45,589 nt of DNA from Candidatus Saccharimonadales bacterium (GCA_035480035.1 DATIID010000005.1:1-45589), one strand, 5' to 3'. Counted from the stretch's first letter, positions 27,185 to 36,772 are shown. Numbers and translations are program-made. Notes: a model not told the origin generated them from the sequence alone.

Positions 27185-29044
27185 CTAAAATGAACTCTTG
27201 TGGACGCGGCCTTTTGCTTCGTGGACAACTGATTGCAAGAATTCTTTGATACCTACTGACTGATGCTTGTCGGTGACGACCATATCGCTGCGGACACGTG
27301 GCGTAACTTTGCCAGATTTGATTTCTTTATCACCAATCACTAAGGTATACGGCACTTTCATAAGTTCAGCAGTACGGATTTTCTTACCAACTGATTCATT
27401 GGAATTATCGACATCGACTCTAAGGCCTAGATCACGAGCATCTTCAGCAATATTTTCGGCAAATTCGACAGTCACCTTTTCTTGATTGAGCGAGGCAATT
27501 CTAATCTGTTCTGGGGCTAACCAAACTGGGAATCTACCAGCAGTGTGTTCGATATAAACACTTAAGAAACGCTCTATCGAACCGAGTAAGGCGCAGTGAA
27601 TCATGACTGGTTGGCTTTTATTGCCGTTTTCGCCGACATATTCGAGTCCAAACCGCTCAGGTTGGACAAAATCAAGTTGAACAGTGGCCACCTGGTGTTC
27701 TCGGGCGATGGCATCGGTGGCCATGAAGTCGATTTTGGGGCCGTAGAACGCGGCTTCGCCCTCTTCTTCGTAATATTCGAGCTTACTCGATACAACGGCG
27801 TTCTTAAGCTGTTTCTGAGCGCTTTGCCAAAGTTTTTCCGAGCCAAGATAGGCATCACTTGAATCGCGATAAGAAAGCCGCACTCGAAGCTTCATATCGA
27901 TGGTGTCATATAGCTCTTGTGCTGACACCAATAAATTATCAATTTCGACTTCGATCTGATCGTCACGGCAAAAAACATGGCTGTCATCTTGAGTGATCGA
28001 GCGTACCCGACTCAGTCCGCCGAGTTCACCACTTTTTTCATCACGATAAACAGTGGTGGTTTCCATGTAGCGTATTGGCAAGTCCCGGTAACTACGGCTA
28101 TGGGCGGCGTATAAACGCGTGTGGTGCGGACAGTTCATTGGTTTCATGACCAGCTGGTCACTAGTTTCCTGGCTTTTGACCAAAAATAGTTCGTCGCCGA
28201 ATTTAGCCCAGTGGCCAGAGGCTTCGTACAAATCTTTCTTAGTGATATGTGGCACCCAAACCTTTTCAAAACCGTTACGACGACGTAATTCTTCAGAGAA
28301 AACAGCCAATTGATCGCGCAAAATTGTGCCCCGCGGCGTAAACATTGGCAATCCGGAGCCGACCATGTCCGAAAAGATAAATAAATCTAGCTCCTGGCCG
28401 AGTTTGCGGTGATCACGTTTTTTCGATTCTTCTAGCATTTCAAGGTGTTTATTTAGTTCAGCCTCGGTTTCGAAACCCAAACCATAAATGCGTTGCATTT
28501 GAGCATTTTTCTCATTTCCACGCCAATAAGCGCCGCTAACTCGCATCAGCTTGAAGACGCCAGCTTTGCTGGTGCTCGAGACGTGCGGACCACGACAGAG
28601 ATCGTTAAAGTCGCCGTTCTTATAAAACGATACCTTGTCGACCTTACTGGCCCTCCCAGCGTCTAGGCCGAGTTCAGCAGCATCTAAATCCTTCGCCACA
28701 GTTGTTCCGGAGCGTTTTAAGTCGTTCAGCAGTTCTAATTTATATGGTTGGTTGGTTTTTTTAGCCCAATCAATGGCTTCGTCAATCGGTAGCTCAAATT
28801 TTTCAAATTTTTGGTCGGCCTTGATTACCTTACTCATTTCCTTTTCCAAGGTCGCAAAATCTTCCTCTGAGATTTTGGCCTTGTCAAGATCAATATCATA
28901 GTAAAAACCGTCATTAACCACTGGGCCAACGCCAAACTTAGCATCTGGCCAGAGGTGTTGAACCGCCGTTGCCAGAATGTGCGCCAAACTGTGACGAAGC
29001 GCTTCTAAATTATCAGTCTTGTCGGCCATAGAACTCCATTTCAT
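27185..29044 (-). CDS. thrS: threonine--tRNA ligase (no N-terminal TGS domain)
   Basis: LRHSLAHILA ... GPVVNDGFYYDIDL (second additional domain), class II core and anticodon-binding domain. An alternative start lies at 29029 (MADKT). Confidence 0.95.
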   Translation of the reverse strand: MKWSSMADKTDNLEALRHSLAHILATAVQHLWPDAKFGVGPVVNDGFYYDIDLDKAKISEEDFATLEKEMSKVIKADQKFEKFELPIDEAIDWAKKTNQPYKLELLNDLKRSGTTVAKDLDAAELGLDAGRASKVDKVSFYKNGDFNDLCRGPHVSSTSKAGVFKLMRVSGAYWRGNEKNAQMQRIYGLGFETEAELNKHLEMLEESKKRDHRKLGQELDLFIFSDMVGSGLPMFTPRGTILRDQLAVFSEELRRRNGFEKVWVPHITKKDLYEASGHWAKFGDELFLVKSQETSDQLVMKPMNCPHHTRLYAAHSRSYRDLPIRYMETTTVYRDEKSGELGGLSRVRSITQDDSHVFCRDDQIEVEIDNLLVSAQELYDTIDMKLRVRLSYRDSSDAYLGSEKLWQSAQKQLKNAVVSSKLEYYEEEGEAAFYGPKIDFMATDAIAREHQVATVQLDFVQPERFGLEYVGENGNKSQPVMIHCALLGSIERFLSVYIEHTAGRFPVWLAPEQIRIASLNQEKVTVEFAENIAEDARDLGLRVDVDNSNESVGKKIRTAELMKVPYTLVIGDKEIKSGKVTPRVRSDMVVTDKHQSVGIKEFLQSVVHEAKGRVHKSSF

Positions 29045-29096
29045 ACATCATATCACCCCTGTCGGTTCGACCCAAACTAATTATGGCAGTCGGCAC

Positions 29097-29139
29097 AAAA
29101 AAACGGCGTTCAAATGTTCTCGCAACCACATTTGAACGC
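29097..29139 (-). terminator. intrinsic terminator (12-bp stem plus U7)
   Basis: Minus strand reads GCGTTCAAATGT-loop-ACATTTGAACGC-CGTTTTTTT. It lies downstream of the 218-aa ORF and ~50 nt before thrS. Confidence 0.75.
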
Positions 29140-29278
29140 ACGTTTTCGGTGAGGTTAAAACACTTAGCAAAACTTCGCCTAAGAGAGACTATACCAATAC
29201 TAGTATTATCATGCTAGTACTTTTGTATTGTTATTATTACCATAAGCATGTGGACAAGTTCCCTTACCTTTAACTCAT

Positions 29279-29935
29279 CTATGATAATCGGTCGTTAAGA
29301 TTAGTGGGTAATCTATCGACATTTGTGCTAATTACAGATAACGACGATACTTCATCAACCCAGTCGATCACAGCTGCCAAAACGCATTGTAATCGACTGT
29401 AGCGATAGGTTTTTGCCCGCTTAACTAGTTCTGTTAATTCCTGGGTTTCAGCTTCATTAATTTGTCCGATACCCTGATGACGTTCGTCCAACCTTGCCTT
29501 GTCCCATTTAGACCTTGTAGCATTTACTTCATCTCTAAGGCTGATATTTACGTCAATTTCTTCCTGGCCGCCACCCATTCGTAATCGATGATGAGTACCG
29601 TTACCAGTCGCATTAAATTTTTGAATACTTAAGCGGTCATTGTCATCATATATATAGTAGTGCGTTTGGGTATTAATACCTTCGAACGATGGATTATCTG
29701 GTTCAGTGTCTTCTATTACGGCCATCTCTGAAGTTGCGTAGTTGTCGGCCGGAAAGCGTCTTAATATCAGGTGATGGAGATTACCGTGTTCATCTAATGA
29801 CCTCAGTGGACCACTAACGCTATCCGAAAAAGATACCGGGTGGCGTCTAATTTGATCATTCATATGTTCAAAGAGGTTAACTACCGCTGGCGGTTTAACT
29901 ACTTCAAATACTGGTTGAGACTCTGGACTTGTCAT
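29279..29935 (-). CDS. hypothetical protein, 218 aa
   Basis: ORF with ATG start. No family recognised. Confidence 0.55.
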   Translation of the reverse strand: MTSPESQPVFEVVKPPAVVNLFEHMNDQIRRHPVSFSDSVSGPLRSLDEHGNLHHLILRRFPADNYATSEMAVIEDTEPDNPSFEGINTQTHYYIYDDNDRLSIQKFNATGNGTHHRLRMGGGQEEIDVNISLRDEVNATRSKWDKARLDERHQGIGQINEAETQELTELVKRAKTYRYSRLQCVLAAVIDWVDEVSSLSVISTNVDRLPTNLNDRLS

Positions 29936-29953
29936 CTATATTTAAGTTCAATC

Positions 29954-30030
29954 TGGTGGGCGATACAGGATTCGAACCTGTCACCTCTACAACGTCAATG
30001 TAGCGCTCTAGCCAAATGAGCTAATCGCCC
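29954..30030 (-). tRNA. tRNA-Val (GAC)
   Basis: Cloverleaf folds by hand. Anticodon loop is UUGACGU, T-loop is UUCGAAU and CCA is encoded. Confidence 0.92.
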
Positions 30031-30059
30031 TCACCATGTTGATTAAATTACAGTCAGCC

Positions 30060-30088
30060 ATTATAGACTTTTAACCTTCGGTCGGCAA
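30060..30088 (-). promoter_or_regulatory. promoter of tRNA-Val
   Basis: Minus strand reads TTGCCG (30083-30088), 17 nt, TATAAT (30060-30065). Confidence 0.6.
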
Positions 30089-30132
30089 ACATAAAAGCCT
30101 AAAAATTGAAAATGCTTAAGGTGTTATGAGTA

Positions 30133-30361
30133 TTGACCTGAGTGCCCTTTTATGTTAGCATAACCGAGTTAAACGGGAGGCACTCATAATACATGAGTAC
30201 CACAAGCGGCTCGTTGGAGGGCTTTAAACTCTTCTATGAAGAGATTGGCACTGCAACGAAGTCATTGAGTCGTTTACGACGCGCCCGTGTTTTGACGGCT
30301 ACCAAGTAGCATAATTACACAGGTGAAGAAGCTCCAAGCCACATAAGTCTTGGGGCTTTTT
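30133..30361 (+). other. promoter/terminator-delimited ~195-nt transcription unit: sRNA, leader, or 38-codon ORF (30193-30309)
   Basis: TTGACC (30133-30138), 17 nt, TAGCAT (30156-30161). GGGAGG lies 12 nt before the ATG at 30193. The encoded peptide is MSTTSGSLEGFKLFYEEIGTATKSLSRLRRARVLTATK. A 9-bp hairpin followed by TTTTT lies at 30330-30361. Confidence 0.4.
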
Positions 30362-30430
30362 ACATTTCTTGACTAGTTTTCCCTGGCTTGTCCACTTGGT
30401 TTTTCATAAGCGTTATGACAATATGTTGTC

Positions 30431-30829
30431 ATGGTATGCGTATATTGTGGCAGTAAAACTGCAGTTTCAAATTCACGCTCCCGTCAAAACGGTCTGCAAG
30501 TCTGGCGCCGCCGAGTTTGTACCGATTGCAAAGCAGTTTTTACGACTTTAGAAAGGGTTGATCAAGAGTTAGCTATGATGGTTAAAAGCGCTGCTGATTT
30601 TCAGCCTTTTTCGCGCGATAATTTATTCTTAAGCATCTACGACAGCCTAAAACACCGAAAAACCGCTCTAGGCGACGCTACGGCCTTAACAGATACAACT
30701 TGGACTAAGTTGGTGCCGGTTTTTGTAGAAGGTTCGATTGAACGTCAAGATATTGTCGACATTGTCAGTTCGACGCTAGAACGTTTCGACCACGCTGCCG
30801 CCACCCATTATCAAGCTTTCCACCCTTAG
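30431..30829 (+). CDS. nrdR: NrdR-like transcriptional repressor (Zn ribbon plus short ATP-cone)
   Basis: CVYCGSKTAVSNSRSRQNGLQVWRRRVCTDCKAVFTTLERV matches the NrdR zinc ribbon. The following FQPFSRDNLFLSIYDSL is ATP-cone-like. Confidence 0.75.
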   Translation: MVCVYCGSKTAVSNSRSRQNGLQVWRRRVCTDCKAVFTTLERVDQELAMMVKSAADFQPFSRDNLFLSIYDSLKHRKTALGDATALTDTTWTKLVPVFVEGSIERQDIVDIVSSTLERFDHAAATHYQAFHP

Positions 30830-30858
30830 CATTTATTAATACGGCTAAGTAGTTTATT

Positions 30859-31158
30859 ATGTTAACTCCTATGGCTGGTGAAATGTTTGATAATGATTTG
30901 TTCTTTGAGACGTTTAATCCTAACTTTGAGCGTTTAGCTAGAGATAGCTGTGAACGCGGCGATGAATGTGATTTAGACGGTGTTAGCGTAACCGATTTGA
31001 CGGAAAGTGCAGATCAGACAGTTATAAGTATTATGGGTTGCCTATTATGTAGGTCTGGTTGTCCATTTACTAATGGTGGTGTAGATATTTTGAACAGCTT
31101 AACAATTCAAGTTACTGCCAATCAAATGGATATTGATATTTCGTTTGAAGTTGACTAA
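30859..31158 (+). CDS. hypothetical acidic Cys-containing protein, 99 aa
   Basis: ORF only. No family recognised. Confidence 0.4.
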   Translation: MLTPMAGEMFDNDLFFETFNPNFERLARDSCERGDECDLDGVSVTDLTESADQTVISIMGCLLCRSGCPFTNGGVDILNSLTIQVTANQMDIDISFEVD

Positions 31159-32762
31159 ATGATAGTTCGTTTGTCTTCGGTGATGACGGCTTTGTCAGTA
31201 ACATCGAACTTACCTAAGTAACGGCCAAACATCAGCCGGGTTTGCGAAGTTAGAGCCGAAAATGAACTGTAAACAATAGTCGTAACCGGTAGATAAACCC
31301 ATTGGAGCAGCATAAATAAATTGCGTCGCTTGGTGTAGCGCGCTGGTTTGGGCGGCAAAGTTTTCAGGCTGAACAGCATCGTCACGAAAATACCGACGAG
31401 GGCTAAAGTCTGAACGTTACGGGCAATAATTGGTAGTTGGTTAGCGGCGAAGTCTTTGGAGTTAAATAACAGTGGTATCCAGGCTGCAAACAGCAAGATT
31501 AATGGTGCGGTAGCCCAGCTGACATGACCTTCAACCAAGCGACAAAACTTCATAAAGGAATCCCAGCGACTAGCCTTACTCTTCCGGAAAAAGCCCATTT
31601 CAGCGACATAAGCAATATCCGAAGCCCCCCACGCCCAGCGTCGGAGCTGGATAAACTGCGCGACAAGCGTACGACGAAGGTTATTGGATAACACGGCATC
31701 CTGATAAATGGGTAGAAAGATTGGGAAAACGTTATGACGACCGTAGCGGAAATAGGTCCGCCAATATTGGTGACCATCTTCGACAATGGTGCGGACACTC
31801 CAAAAGTCGGTATCAATTAAGGTTTGCATGTTCTGAGCGTGGGCCGAGAAGTTTCGCAGAGTATGCGTGCGAAGGCCCTGCACCACCATCCAGAAGGAGT
31901 TACCGGTGGCAATCACTCGCATCGGCGCTGGCGCATCCCAAATATTATTGGTAAACATCGGGATCGGTTGAAGCGAGACAGTCAACGGATCGATAACCAC
32001 CGAATATAAATAGGCCGCAGCGGCTAAGTATTTGGGATGCGGCCGGTTGTCGGCATCCAGCGTTGTGACCACCACGTTAAAGGGTTCAATTTGTTCTTTA
32101 GCCAGATACTTCTTTAATTCCCGGCCGGCATAGGTGATGTTACCACCCTTGCCAATCACTTCGCCGGGTATGTCCTGAGGATGCTCAACCGCAAAAGCGT
32201 GACGGAAATGCTTTTCATAATCTTTAATTAATTGCTTGGCTTGGGCAGCGACAGCTGGACCGCCACGTTGTTCGTAGGCCAAAACCAAGATGACCTTTTC
32301 CATGTCGAAGTCTGAATCAAGGACGGCTTTGAAGGTTGGCTCAAGAATTTCACGGGTCTCGTTATAAGTAGCAATAATCACGGCGTGAATAATATCAGCG
32401 GCTTTAATCGGTGTTGGCGAGTTAATCAACCGGTCAATATTTTCCGAATGCCACGATGGAATAGACTGATTATATTGGCTCATTTTGAGAGTTTTTAGAT
32501 CATCAAATAACTGCTGCCACGGTAATTTTTGGTGTTGCTGTAGAGTGCGGTAACCTTGAATGGCGCGAGTGTTGAGACCCAATGCTTTAGCAAACCATAG
32601 CATCATGTAAGCCAGAATAAAGATGATGGTAATGCGGGCGTCAATAATGCTTAGCAAGAATGGCAAAGCCAAAATACCCCAGCTTAAAGCCCCAGGTAAA
32701 ATTTCAAAAAACCGATAGCGCTTGCCGCGGTCTTTCGGATAAGGAATCTCGAGATTTTGCAT
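31155..32762 (-). CDS. processive family-2 glycosyltransferase (membrane-embedded synthase-like)
   Basis: IIATYNE ..., TLDADN (DxD) and QLRRWAWG (QxxRW) motifs. TM helices flank the catalytic domain. Confidence 0.7.
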   Translation of the reverse strand: MQNLEIPYPKDRGKRYRFFEILPGALSWGILALPFLLSIIDARITIIFILAYMMLWFAKALGLNTRAIQGYRTLQQHQKLPWQQLFDDLKTLKMSQYNQSIPSWHSENIDRLINSPTPIKAADIIHAVIIATYNETREILEPTFKAVLDSDFDMEKVILVLAYEQRGGPAVAAQAKQLIKDYEKHFRHAFAVEHPQDIPGEVIGKGGNITYAGRELKKYLAKEQIEPFNVVVTTLDADNRPHPKYLAAAAYLYSVVIDPLTVSLQPIPMFTNNIWDAPAPMRVIATGNSFWMVVQGLRTHTLRNFSAHAQNMQTLIDTDFWSVRTIVEDGHQYWRTYFRYGRHNVFPIFLPIYQDAVLSNNLRRTLVAQFIQLRRWAWGASDIAYVAEMGFFRKSKASRWDSFMKFCRLVEGHVSWATAPLILLFAAWIPLLFNSKDFAANQLPIIARNVQTLALVGIFVTMLFSLKTLPPKPARYTKRRNLFMLLQWVYLPVTTIVYSSFSALTSQTRLMFGRYLGKFDVTDKAVITEDKRTII

Positions 32763-32770
32763 ATTTTTAA

Positions 32771-33133
32771 TTAGCTATGGTTGAACAGTAGCACATTGCT
32801 AACCACCACTACCAGCAGCAGCAATAGAAGTGTTAATGACAAAATAACTATCGAGAAGTGGCGCTTGATATGGTAAACCCGGATGCTGAGAATATTATTA
32901 AAAACCAATGTGAACACCGCGAATAGCATGAATTCGATAAAGGTTGATGCGTTGCCGACTTTTGGAGCGCTCAGGCCGAGGTTGGCCCGGTATTGAACGA
33001 TATAACTGGCTGAGGAAGCACTGCCACTTAAGTTTAGAGCAATTAAGCCGCAGCCCAACAAAGTCAAAAATACATTTATGCTAACCAGTAGCAATATCAA
33101 TCGATCTCGAAAATAGTTCTTAGGAATAGTCAT
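32771..33133 (-). CDS. small integral membrane protein, 120 aa
   Basis: Three or four hydrophobic helices, 8 nt upstream of the GT2 gene. Confidence 0.55.
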   Translation of the reverse strand: MTIPKNYFRDRLILLLVSINVFLTLLGCGLIALNLSGSASSASYIVQYRANLGLSAPKVGNASTFIEFMLFAVFTLVFNNILSIRVYHIKRHFSIVILSLTLLLLLLVVVVSNVLLFNHS

Positions 33134-33217
33134 TGTTCGATAATAGCTTATAGCTTTTGACGTTTCGTCGCTAGTTTTTATTCTACATCGTGTTTTGCCG
33201 GCTCAGCAACGACAGAA

Positions 33218-34378
33218 TTAGAGGACAGTGTCCAGATGTAAATTAGCTTTGACTTGGTCGGCGACATCGGTGCCCACCTGAAAGCCGATTTTGTTATCAA
33301 TTTCGAAGTGAATACCGGCTTTAATACGTGAGTTGCGAGCTTCTAAGGCCATCGCTTCCCACTGCTCAGCATGTTTCGGTACCATTACGCTCAAAACATC
33401 CGCTGCTGCCTTGGAAATAGTTGAATGACCAGATACATAACCTGGGAAATTAGGGTCTTTCATAGCTGTCTTGACGTTAGCGGTACGCATATCCGGACGA
33501 GCCGTCCAGTAGGTGTACTTGACCTTCCAACATTCCATGAAAGCGTCACTGATAGTCTGGGCTAATATTTTCTGTAATTTGGCGTAGTCTTGGTCGGCCG
33601 TTAGCTGATCGGCTGGTAATTCAGTCTTAATTGTTCGATAGAGTTGATTTTGCCATATGCCAGCCGGCGTTTCGCTACCAGGTGTACCCCCCCAGAAATT
33701 GATGATATTGACGTCGTTGCCATTACGCTCGCCTGATACTTGCTTAACATTAGCGATCTCCGCCAAATCCTGAGCACTGCCAAACGTTGGTGGTGGTGGT
33801 ACGCTTATCGACTTATTAACTACCCAACGCTGCCAATCACCGGCTCTAGGAGTAAGCGGCGGTAAACCGACCTTGCTAACCCATTTGCCCGGACCTTTGG
33901 GTATAACGCCGTTCCATTTAAGATCATGGTGATCGCTGTGGTAGCGGCTAGCATAACCATCGGCAATCGATACGACGTTGACGGATAGCTGCGAACCTAG
34001 GGCACCCAAATTGTTGGACGTCGCCAAGCCATTAACTTTTTGATTGATGAAGGCTTGTTTGTCTGGATATATTACTACCAACATATGCCCTGCTGCCGCC
34101 AAGGCATCAGCTTGATTAGCGGCTGTTAAAGAGTCGAAATAAACGCTACTGACGTAAGCATAGTCCAGCGCGGCTTTGGTTGGTGGCGGTTTCTTTTCTT
34201 TAATTATCGTCTGTTGGAGCTGCATTATTTGGTAGCTCAGTGGTTCGGTTGCTACTTGGTTGGTCGATTTTGTCTTGGCAACATCATTAGTGCGTGATAA
34301 GTAAATAGCTAAGCCAAAACTACCAATAAATACCGCCAGTACGACAAATATAAATTTGTATTTTTTAATAAAGGACAC
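33218..34378 (-). CDS. PAP2 / vanadium-haloperoxidase-like phosphatase superfamily protein, N-terminally anchored
   Basis: YWTARPD (KxxxxxxRP-like), PGYVSGHS (PSGH) and SRIKAGIHFEID (SRxxxxxHxxxD). The GTG start abuts the upstream TAG stop. Confidence 0.6.
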   Translation of the reverse strand: MSFIKKYKFIFVVLAVFIGSFGLAIYLSRTNDVAKTKSTNQVATEPLSYQIMQLQQTIIKEKKPPPTKAALDYAYVSSVYFDSLTAANQADALAAAGHMLVVIYPDKQAFINQKVNGLATSNNLGALGSQLSVNVVSIADGYASRYHSDHHDLKWNGVIPKGPGKWVSKVGLPPLTPRAGDWQRWVVNKSISVPPPPTFGSAQDLAEIANVKQVSGERNGNDVNIINFWGGTPGSETPAGIWQNQLYRTIKTELPADQLTADQDYAKLQKILAQTISDAFMECWKVKYTYWTARPDMRTANVKTAMKDPNFPGYVSGHSTISKAAADVLSVMVPKHAEQWEAMALEARNSRIKAGIHFEIDNKIGFQVGTDVADQVKANLHLDTVL

Positions 34379-35647
34379 CTAGAATACCCCGAGATTTACA
34401 TAACTGGAGTTCGTTAGTATGTGCCCCGTAACCATGGTGTAGACTTGTTTTTTGTCAGTGTCAAAAATTGCTGGGGTCATGTAAGTATCGTATTTGTAGT
34501 CACCTGTCGCACCCTCACCAAAGCGTTGTTCAACATTAAGAAACTTCAACTGCTGGTAAGTACCCAGTTCAACGGCCGTAAACATAGTTTTATAGGGTGT
34601 ATCCTTGTCGGGTTTTTGTTTGGTAACTAAGTCGCTCAGAGTTTGACGCAAGGATGGATCGAGTTGGAGTTCAAGAGTGCTGTCAGTGACGCTGTCATTT
34701 CCGTCATAGTTGTAGTCAGGTGGTGTCGTCGGCGTTAACTTAATAGAGTTATCGGCCAGCTTGCCATCGTAAGATGGTCCTTCAACACCATTGATGTAAG
34801 GAGCACTAACCTGAAAACTAACACCACTGGCTTCGTTGTAGGCTCGAACGTAATAATTAGTTAGATCGTCTGGTACGTTGAATGGCAGTGAATAATCGGT
34901 GTAATCAAAAGTTTCCGGATCAATAACCCGGCGGATGATATAACTATGATCTTTACCTTTAATATGGCCCGGTAATGAACCGTCGTCGACAATATATGGA
35001 TGGTCCTCAATTGGATCGATGTAGAAGACTAATTTGTCATTTTCATTAGCAGCGAGCAAGATTTGTTCTTTATTACCTTGGGTTGGTGTGAAGTTACTAC
35101 CGCCAATGTAATGGTATTCGGCAGTTTGCATGTTGAACAAGATATAGCTGTTATATTTGTCGGTGTCCTTAGTCTTACCGTCGTCGATAAAGATGTATTT
35201 ATCACCAAGTAGAAAAGTTGGCTTGGATGAACAAGCGCCTGGTGCCCACATCGGGTCATCAGCAATGGCTTGCAGTGACCAGCCAGGTTCGAGTTGATTG
35301 GCGGTTGGTATGTTACCGCCGCCCAGAAAAGCTAGCACAAAATGGCCGCCACTTTGGTCGTTGGCAGCAATCACCAACTTGGCTGAATCACCTTCAGTAA
35401 TTTTGGACTTGGTCAAAGTTTCGTACTTATAACTGCCGGTGCCGATTTGCTTGCCGACTAGATCAGGTTTAATTTCACGTTTTTTGGCATTAGTAATGTC
35501 GATTTTAGGTTTAACAATCTCTTTGAGTGTCGTTGGCTGCGAAACCTTACGATAATGTTGAGCAGTCACATAACCTAGGCCGCCGCCGTTGGCCAGCGTA
35601 ATGACCGTGCAAGCTGTATAAACAAGGGCTTTTTTAGGAATTTTCAT
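34379..35647 (-). CDS. hypothetical exported protein, 422 aa
   Basis: N-terminal signal/anchor. The start overlaps the upstream stop by 1 nt (TGATG). No family recognised. Confidence 0.6.
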   Translation of the reverse strand: MKIPKKALVYTACTVITLANGGGLGYVTAQHYRKVSQPTTLKEIVKPKIDITNAKKREIKPDLVGKQIGTGSYKYETLTKSKITEGDSAKLVIAANDQSGGHFVLAFLGGGNIPTANQLEPGWSLQAIADDPMWAPGACSSKPTFLLGDKYIFIDDGKTKDTDKYNSYILFNMQTAEYHYIGGSNFTPTQGNKEQILLAANENDKLVFYIDPIEDHPYIVDDGSLPGHIKGKDHSYIIRRVIDPETFDYTDYSLPFNVPDDLTNYYVRAYNEASGVSFQVSAPYINGVEGPSYDGKLADNSIKLTPTTPPDYNYDGNDSVTDSTLELQLDPSLRQTLSDLVTKQKPDKDTPYKTMFTAVELGTYQQLKFLNVEQRFGEGATGDYKYDTYMTPAIFDTDKKQVYTMVTGHILTNSSYVNLGVF

Positions 35648-36642
35648 CAGTTAAACCTCATTGACGCAATAATGTCTTTGGCAGTTTTGAAATAATCAAG
35701 GTTTTGGAAGGTATCAACGGCCATTGGTACAACGCCTTGAGTCTCGGTACACAGGCTATCGCAAGCATTGACCTCGAAAATAATAAAGGGGTTAACTCGT
35801 TTATACGTCTTGGCGTTTACTTGATCGCCAGTTTTATAGACCAAATTACCACTCACAAACGCCGAAGTAAGGTTGTCACTAGCCACTTCAATGGCCGATG
35901 GCAAAGTTGATGGCAATATGTAGGTTAGATTTGTAACTTTACGTTGAACTTTAGTCGGACTTTTATAAGTTAGGCTTTCGGAGTTAGCACCGACAATTGA
36001 ATCATTATTAACATCTGGATTGTTTTCTGGATATTTAGCATAAATAGTAATCTCGGCACGAGCTGGTGTGGTTGAACCACCGCCTTGGTCGGCGTCAAAT
36101 TGAGCCGAACTAATCGTTATAACCGTGCTGTCCGGGTTACTGGTAATTCGCCAATCGGATGGATAATCAAAGTCTAGCTTTAAGGCATCCGACGTGTAGT
36201 GTTTAGTCACTGGTTTTTCAGTCGCTTTGGTTGCCGTCGTAGTAGCTACTTGCTGTTTTGATGAGTCTGTTGTCGGCAACGACACGATGCTTGCCTGCTT
36301 TTTTGGTATCCGCATCATGACATTAGTCGCCGCTAATATGCCGACGTTTACAATACAAAATAAGATGATAAGTATTGGCTGGAGTTTGCCTTTAAATTTG
36401 CTTTTGGATAGTTTTTTAGAGGTATTTTCAGACTCTACGGCCGCTGGTTTATCGGTGGCTTCGGGGGCTATTTCAACTTTTAATTCCTCGGCGGAGTCAG
36501 CCTTAGGCATGTCGTCGGCAGTCCTTTTAACCTCGACTTTTTCATCGTTGATTACTGTTTCCGAAGCCGAAGTAACCGGTGATTCGTCCGGTTCAACACT
36601 ATCAGTCTCAGTGACTTCTATTTTTTTAGAAGACCCCTTCAT
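35647..36642 (-). CDS. hypothetical membrane-anchored protein, 331 aa
   Basis: Acidic N-terminus, a single TM helix near residue 90-115, then a beta-rich ectodomain. No family recognised. Confidence 0.6.
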   Translation of the reverse strand: MKGSSKKIEVTETDSVEPDESPVTSASETVINDEKVEVKRTADDMPKADSAEELKVEIAPEATDKPAAVESENTSKKLSKSKFKGKLQPILIILFCIVNVGILAATNVMMRIPKKQASIVSLPTTDSSKQQVATTTATKATEKPVTKHYTSDALKLDFDYPSDWRITSNPDSTVITISSAQFDADQGGGSTTPARAEITIYAKYPENNPDVNNDSIVGANSESLTYKSPTKVQRKVTNLTYILPSTLPSAIEVASDNLTSAFVSGNLVYKTGDQVNAKTYKRVNPFIIFEVNACDSLCTETQGVVPMAVDTFQNLDYFKTAKDIIASMRFN

Positions 36643-36694
36643 GACTAGAATTATTGTTTATTTAAACGAAATTAGCAATAAGCTTAAGCTATAG

Positions 36695-36768
36695 TGGTGC
36701 GGGATACGAGAATCAAACTCGTACTTCTTGCTTGGGAAGCAAGCGTACTATCACTATACGAATCCCGC
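36695..36768 (-). tRNA. tRNA-Gly (CCC)
   Basis: Cloverleaf folds by hand. Anticodon loop is UUCCCAA and CCA is encoded. Confidence 0.9.
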
Positions 36769-36772
36769 ATAG

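Noticed and set aside
29045-29278. T-box or other attenuator in a thrS leader
   Set aside because: The strong hairpin plus U7 (29097-29139) could sit in a leader. However, I find no T-box sequence (GGUGGNACCGCG), no specifier-loop architecture and no tRNA-Thr anticodon-arm mimic. An extended -10 (TGCCATAAT) lies between the hairpin and thrS. The hairpin is more simply the terminator of the upstream 218-aa gene.
36227-36694. 155-aa plus-strand ORF
   Set aside because: It is antisense to the 331-aa membrane-anchored protein gene and has no promoter or RBS. The minus-strand gene is translationally coupled to its neighbour and is preferred.
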